DNA from: Tubiluchus corallicola
Taxonomy: Eukaryota; Animalia; Priapulida
Length of the DNA stretch: 58,424 bases
Assembly (NCBI GenBank): GCA_030141605.1
Contig: JAQGDQ010001159.1
Coordinates: forward strand, 1-58,424
Reading direction: 5' to 3'
Shown here in pieces: positions 52,703-58,424 of the stretch. The notes beneath the pieces are model-generated. The model saw only the letters and a program-made list of their open reading frames with translations, was not told the origin of the DNA and made no database searches. Every line of letters begins with the position of its first letter. The stretch's first letter is position 1. The position numbers were made by a program, and so were the translations under genes.

Positions 52703-53740
52703 TTAAAGGAAAACCCGACCCAATCTTGAACTACAGCTCAGAACAATCTACGCTATCAAATATTAAAAGGAAACACAATTTCAGGAATGACTTACATGAA
52801 AGAATTATTATCACAGGGACAGAACTTTGGTGTTACATGCATTTTGCCTGTCACTAGTTAGTCAGGCACTAGCGCCTGCATTTCGGAAAAACACTTCACA
52901 AAAAAACAGATGCAGTTCGGATCAGTTCAGATGTGTTACTTTGTGACGAATTGCACACGTTTGACAACTCATGCGTGAGCACCGCGGTAAATTTGAAAAT
53001 TGAATTTCTATCTTAAAACTTGTCTAGTTTTAGTACAAGTTGTATTCAGTTGTGACGTAGTGCATTCGTTCGAGAGCGCGCGATTTAACATCACAGTTGT
53101 AAATTTGAAAATTGAATTTTGAACTTAAAATTTGACGAGTTTTTTGTGTATCGCACGGAATGTTATTGTGCGTTCAGACGTAGAAACTTCTTTCGCAACT
53201 TGTTGCGCGACTTCTCTCTGAGAGAAGTTGCCAAGCAGTTGACACGTTGCAACAAGTTGCCAGAGAAGTTGCGAGAGAAGTTGCCAAACCGTTCACACGT
53301 TGCAAGAAGTTGCGAAAGAAGTTGCCAAACCCTTCACAGGTTGCAACAAGTTGCGAGAGAAGTTGCCAAGCCATTCACGGGTTGCAACAAGTTGCCGGAG
53401 AAGTTGCGAGAGAAGTTACCAAGCTCTTCACACATTGCAACAAGTTGCGAAAGAAGTTGCCAAACCCTTCACACGTTGTAAAAAGTTGCGAAAGAAGTTG
53501 CCAAGTCGTTCACACGTTGCAACTTTACTCTCAGAAAGAAGTTGCGTAACAAGTTGTGAGAGAATCCTGTACGTCTGAACGCGCCTCGCTTTCCCGAACA
53601 CGTTACATCGTGGAATATTTTTGCTGTTGAATATCGTGACGTCAATTGGGCTAGCCTTTGGCTATTAAATTTTGAACCTATTATTTAATTACTACAAACG
53701 CTCTAGCATTATTATAGGTGTTAAAATGTATACCTTTTCC
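52703..53740. mobile_element. TTAA MITE family B copy interrupted by a Harbinger-like MITE
   Basis: Begins ttaaaggaaaacccgacccaatc and resumes family B sequence after 53585. Confidence 0.7.
53168..53585. mobile_element. PIF/Harbinger-like MITE with ~55-bp TIRs and internal tandem repeats
   Basis: gcgttcagacgtagaaacttctttcgcaacttgttgcgcgacttctctctgagag ... ctctcagaaagaagttgcgtaacaagttgtgagagaatcctgtacgtctgaacgc; the interior repeats cacacgttgcaacaagttgcgagagaagttgccaa. Confidence 0.75.
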
Positions 53741-54193
53741 GTACCTGGTACTTGAAGTTTGCGAAGAATACGAAAACTAATTGTTTAATTTAAATGGAAT
53801 TTGGCAACTGTTTATAATTTTGTTTATAAATTTGTCCATTCAAGTCATCGAAAATGTCTTCGAAGTAACGTAGTGTTTAACAGCATTGCTATGAAGAAAC
53901 TTAGCTTAAGCATCTTCGTAAAAGACTAGAAAAGATTAGAGTGATTTATAACAAATTAACTGAACTGTGATTCTATTAAAGCAAAACCGGATTGGATCTT
54001 AAACTTTAGGTCAAAACAATCTATTGCTTTAAATATTGAAAGGAAACAAACTATCTTTCAAAAATAACTTACATGAAAGAATTATTACCACACAAACACA
54101 GTTTCACGTCCGCGCCACTAGTTCTTTACTGTTACATGCATTTCGCCATTCTCTGGTTAGACATAACAATTACTAACAGCCTACATGATAATG

Positions 54194-55083
<890 letters not shown>

Positions 55084-55673
55084 CAATTATTGAATAACGC
55101 ATACATCTTAATAATAAATGCAAAAACCAGCTACAAGAATTAGCATCATAAATTCGTTACGTGTTTTAAATGAACTGGTTACCTTTTGCGCAACGCAACG
55201 ATCATAATCAATCAATATAGGATGAGAGGGATGGTACAGACAAACTCATTGGCAGCTCTGTGAGCGTATATACTACGAACTGAATAATATATGAGATTCG
55301 CTGATTAATGGACAGAGTAATTATTATCATTATCATTTCATTCTGTATCTTCTAGAATCGATCTTTTTTAGATTTAGAAATTTGAAATAGAGTCATATTC
55401 AATTACCATTATATTCACATATTTTTATATAAACAGCAAGCAAACAACAATACCCCTTTTTCAGAGTCAGTACTTCATTTTAGAGCAAGTTTTGTTTCCG
55501 CCTTTTTAATTCATTATTAGGCAATAATATATGCAATAATTTTTTTGAGTCGGTCAGCATGTAAAGTAATAATAGTTTAATGACTTCTGTGTAGGTAGTA
55601 CTGATGGAACTAAACTAAATTTCAAATAGCTTGTAGTCCACACTTTACTAGATTCAAACGCTTTCAAAAACTC

Positions 55674-56290
55674 AGAGCAAAATCGGACCCAATCTTAAAC
55701 AGCAGGTTAAAACAATCAACTCCTTAAAATATTGAAAGGAAACATACTTTTATATTTACATTATAGGAACATATATTTATTCAAAAATGACTTACGTGAA
55801 CGAATTATTACCCCACAAATACAATTTTACGTTCGCGCCAGCAGTTCCTCGCTGTTACATACATTTCGCCGTTCGCTAGTTAGACGGTCACTAGTGCCTG
55901 CATTTCGGAAACGCATTGCACAAAAAGCAGGTGCTGTACCTCTCTGTTCAGACGTGCTAGTTTGTGACGAACTACACACGTTCAACAGCTCATGTATGAG
56001 CACATTAGTAAATTTGAAATTTGAATTTTTATCTTAAAACTTGCTTAGTTTTGGTACAACACACTGAATATCTTACAGTCGCACTGTACTTCAAATTTCT
56101 CTTTCGCAAACACATGCAACACCCTCGTGGAATATTTTTACTGTTGAAAATTACGTTCGTTTGTGATGTCATCAATAGTTGGGCTCGCCAGCCGTTAATT
56201 AAGTTTTTAATTTAATATTTAATCATCAGAAACGCTTGGCAGCATTAACTGTGACTTAAAAATAGGTTAGTCATTCTGTCTTCCTCTAAA
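55674..56290. mobile_element. TTAA MITE family B, near full length
   Basis: Reverse complement of 45512-46109. Confidence 0.85.
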
Positions 56291-56660
56291 TCGTATTACT
56301 AAAAACAGCCTTGGATGGAATATTATCTCATTGCAGTAAATATTAAAGAGAAAGACAACATTTATTTACGGTTGTTCATTTAACAGACAACGTTAGCACT
56401 AATGGCTATTTAGGGACTTACGCAACACACAAATAATAAATAACATGTAGGGTATATGCCCTAGCGTTTGTAGCTGCTAGTATCGGACACAAGACTGCGT
56501 GGTTGCTGTCCGAAATCTACACCACTCGTCTGCCCAACACAGGAATAAACAGAGAGGCTTCGAATAATAATGATAATCTTTATTTAAAGTCGGCTTTTTG
56601 GATGAACAATTAACATTAGCTCAAACACTGTAAATAACAACCTACAACTACATAACAGAG

Positions 56661-56816
56661 ACTATTATTACCCCACTTTTACCCTAAATACCACCACCAA
56701 GCAGGGCAACAGCCGGTAACATTTTTTTAAGTCTTTTGCATAACCCGGCCGCATTTTCGAACTCATGATCTCCCAGACCGAAAGCGGACGGGTTACCACA
56801 AGGCTAAACCGCCTGG
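56661..56816 (-). mobile_element. tRNA-derived SINE with a Meta-like core, second copy
   Basis: Minus strand ccaggcggtttagccttgtggtaacccgtccgctttc...gagttcgaaa...gggttatgcaaaagactt...atttagggtaaaagtggggtaataatagt; colinear with 23347-23503. Confidence 0.75.
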
Positions 56817-56890
56817 TCAAAACAGAAGCCGCCCGTGCAAGCTATTTTCCGGGAAAATTAAACTACAATTGTTTGCACTGTACAGTAATT

Positions 56891-57549
56891 TTAAAGCACA
56901 AGAAAACCCTTCATAAACATAAAACTTGAAAAATTCGTTTTGAAATTTTATACCACTTACATACTGCCTTTTTACATGCAGGACTTGCATCAGCAGTAAT
57001 GCTGTATAAAACATGTAAATTTAAACTCCAGCGATGACCGTTGGACGCAGCCATTTTAATGGTAGCTCGTTGGAAACAAGTTTAGATAACATTGAGTAAA
57101 GTTTGAAAAAATAATCAGCGCATTCATAGCGCACAAGTCACTAACTAAATAAAATTTAAAATTAATGTATCTTGTCAATGAGATTAAAATACGTTTTTTG
57201 GTTAGAGAGCGGTGTACCCCGGAGGGTGAAACAATTTAAATAATTAATAATTTTCTTTTTTAGTTACGCAAGTCTTTCTAGCAGGTAAGCGAAAATCTAA
57301 GTAATAGATTTGCACGGAAAGTCTTTTGAGATATAATTTAACATTGCCTTTTCTTCCCTTGATTTACGTTTGGTACATGTCATGTAATGGCGCGGTCTGA
57401 ACAGCATTGCGAGAATTTTTAAAATGAAAACAAACTAAAATTCCTTTCAGTGCGAGTACGATATACGCGTAAAATTGCTATAAAGTAATATAATTTTCAA
57501 GGCAATTTTTCTGAAACCTATTCTAAGTACGCCTTTTCTTGTCCTTTAA
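56891..57549 (+). mobile_element. TTAA-flanked MITE family A, full length (Kolobok/T2-MITE-like)
   Basis: ttaa-agcacaagaaaa ... ttttcttgtcct-ttaa. TTAA flanks with AG..CT termini are characteristic of Kolobok-type elements. Confidence 0.9.
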
Positions 57550-58424
57550 TGTCCTTTAATGTACTTTAGTGGTAGATCTCGTGACTTATGTAAACCTGAA
57601 TGTAAAATTTTGTATCTAAACATTAGCTTTAAACATATTAATAATACCTTGTTCTACGTAGACAGGTGCTAAGTCCTTCTCCTAGTCACAGATCATCGCA
57701 CAAATGAACTCATTTTCTCGACACTGTCAAAACTGATCCGTCACAAGCAGTAAGAACACGTACGACACACACAGTTAAATGTCAGTAAAGTCAGTTGGTC
57801 GCATCTCTCACGCTGTGTGTGTTCAATAACAAAAACCGAGAACTCTAACGAAAAGAAGCCGCTCACACAACTGCCCTTCTACCAATCCTCATTACTGCTT
57901 GGCGAACGCTCAGCATTTCAATAACAAGTGCGCATGCGCCAAAGAGGCACGTTTATCTCAAGATAAAGGTGGACCGTATCGAAAACGTTTAATCTTATTA
58001 CGATGGATGCTAATTTTGCTACTCGAAAATATTTTATCTGATTTTAACGACTTTTAAAATTGTTTAACATTATGCAAAAAGTTTGAATTTTTGGAAAAAC
58101 AGGCGGGAGAGCAAAACTTGGGCGATTTTAAGCACTGAATTCAAATACTTTCACATTTTAGATGCAAACAAATACTGAAAGGAGTTTAATTTGTAGCAAT
58201 TTTCTAAATATATGTACTTTTACTTTTATATCGAAAAAAGAACAAATGATTAAAATATGCAAATAATTGGTGATGAATATTACATTTTTACAATGATCAT
58301 ATTTCATATTAAAATGATAATGATTGCTGAAACAAAGAGTAATTAGTACATGTTTAGTAACAAAGGATGAAATGGATACAAAACACCAGTTTAACGTGTT
58401 GCCCAAAAGTTTCTTTATTCTGAA

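Overview
AT-rich, repeat-dense eukaryotic (animal) genomic DNA. A degenerate (TTAGGG)n-like array and MetaSINE-like elements point to a non-insect metazoan, probably an invertebrate; this is inference. Only one credible protein-coding region was found: a minus-strand single-exon CDS (9621-10598, 325 aa) for a single-pass membrane protein with an invertebrate MRAP-like juxtamembrane motif and a C-terminal PDZ-ligand-like ETIL. The rest of the window contains: a >=2.3-kb-arm inverted duplication (1-2342 / 4927-7272); three families of TTAA-flanked MITEs (Kolobok/T2-like); PIF/Harbinger, hAT and CR1/L2 remnants; two tRNA-derived MetaSINE-like copies; foldback-like elements; and many mini- and microsatellites. 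The most notable non-coding signal is a pair of inverted repeats that each carry a Penelope-type minimal hammerhead ribozyme motif (7605-8148), with a second, more decayed pair at 23245-24575. Most ORFs in the supplied track are artefacts of simple repeats or TEs. All alignments were done by eye, so the boundaries of degraded repeats are approximate.
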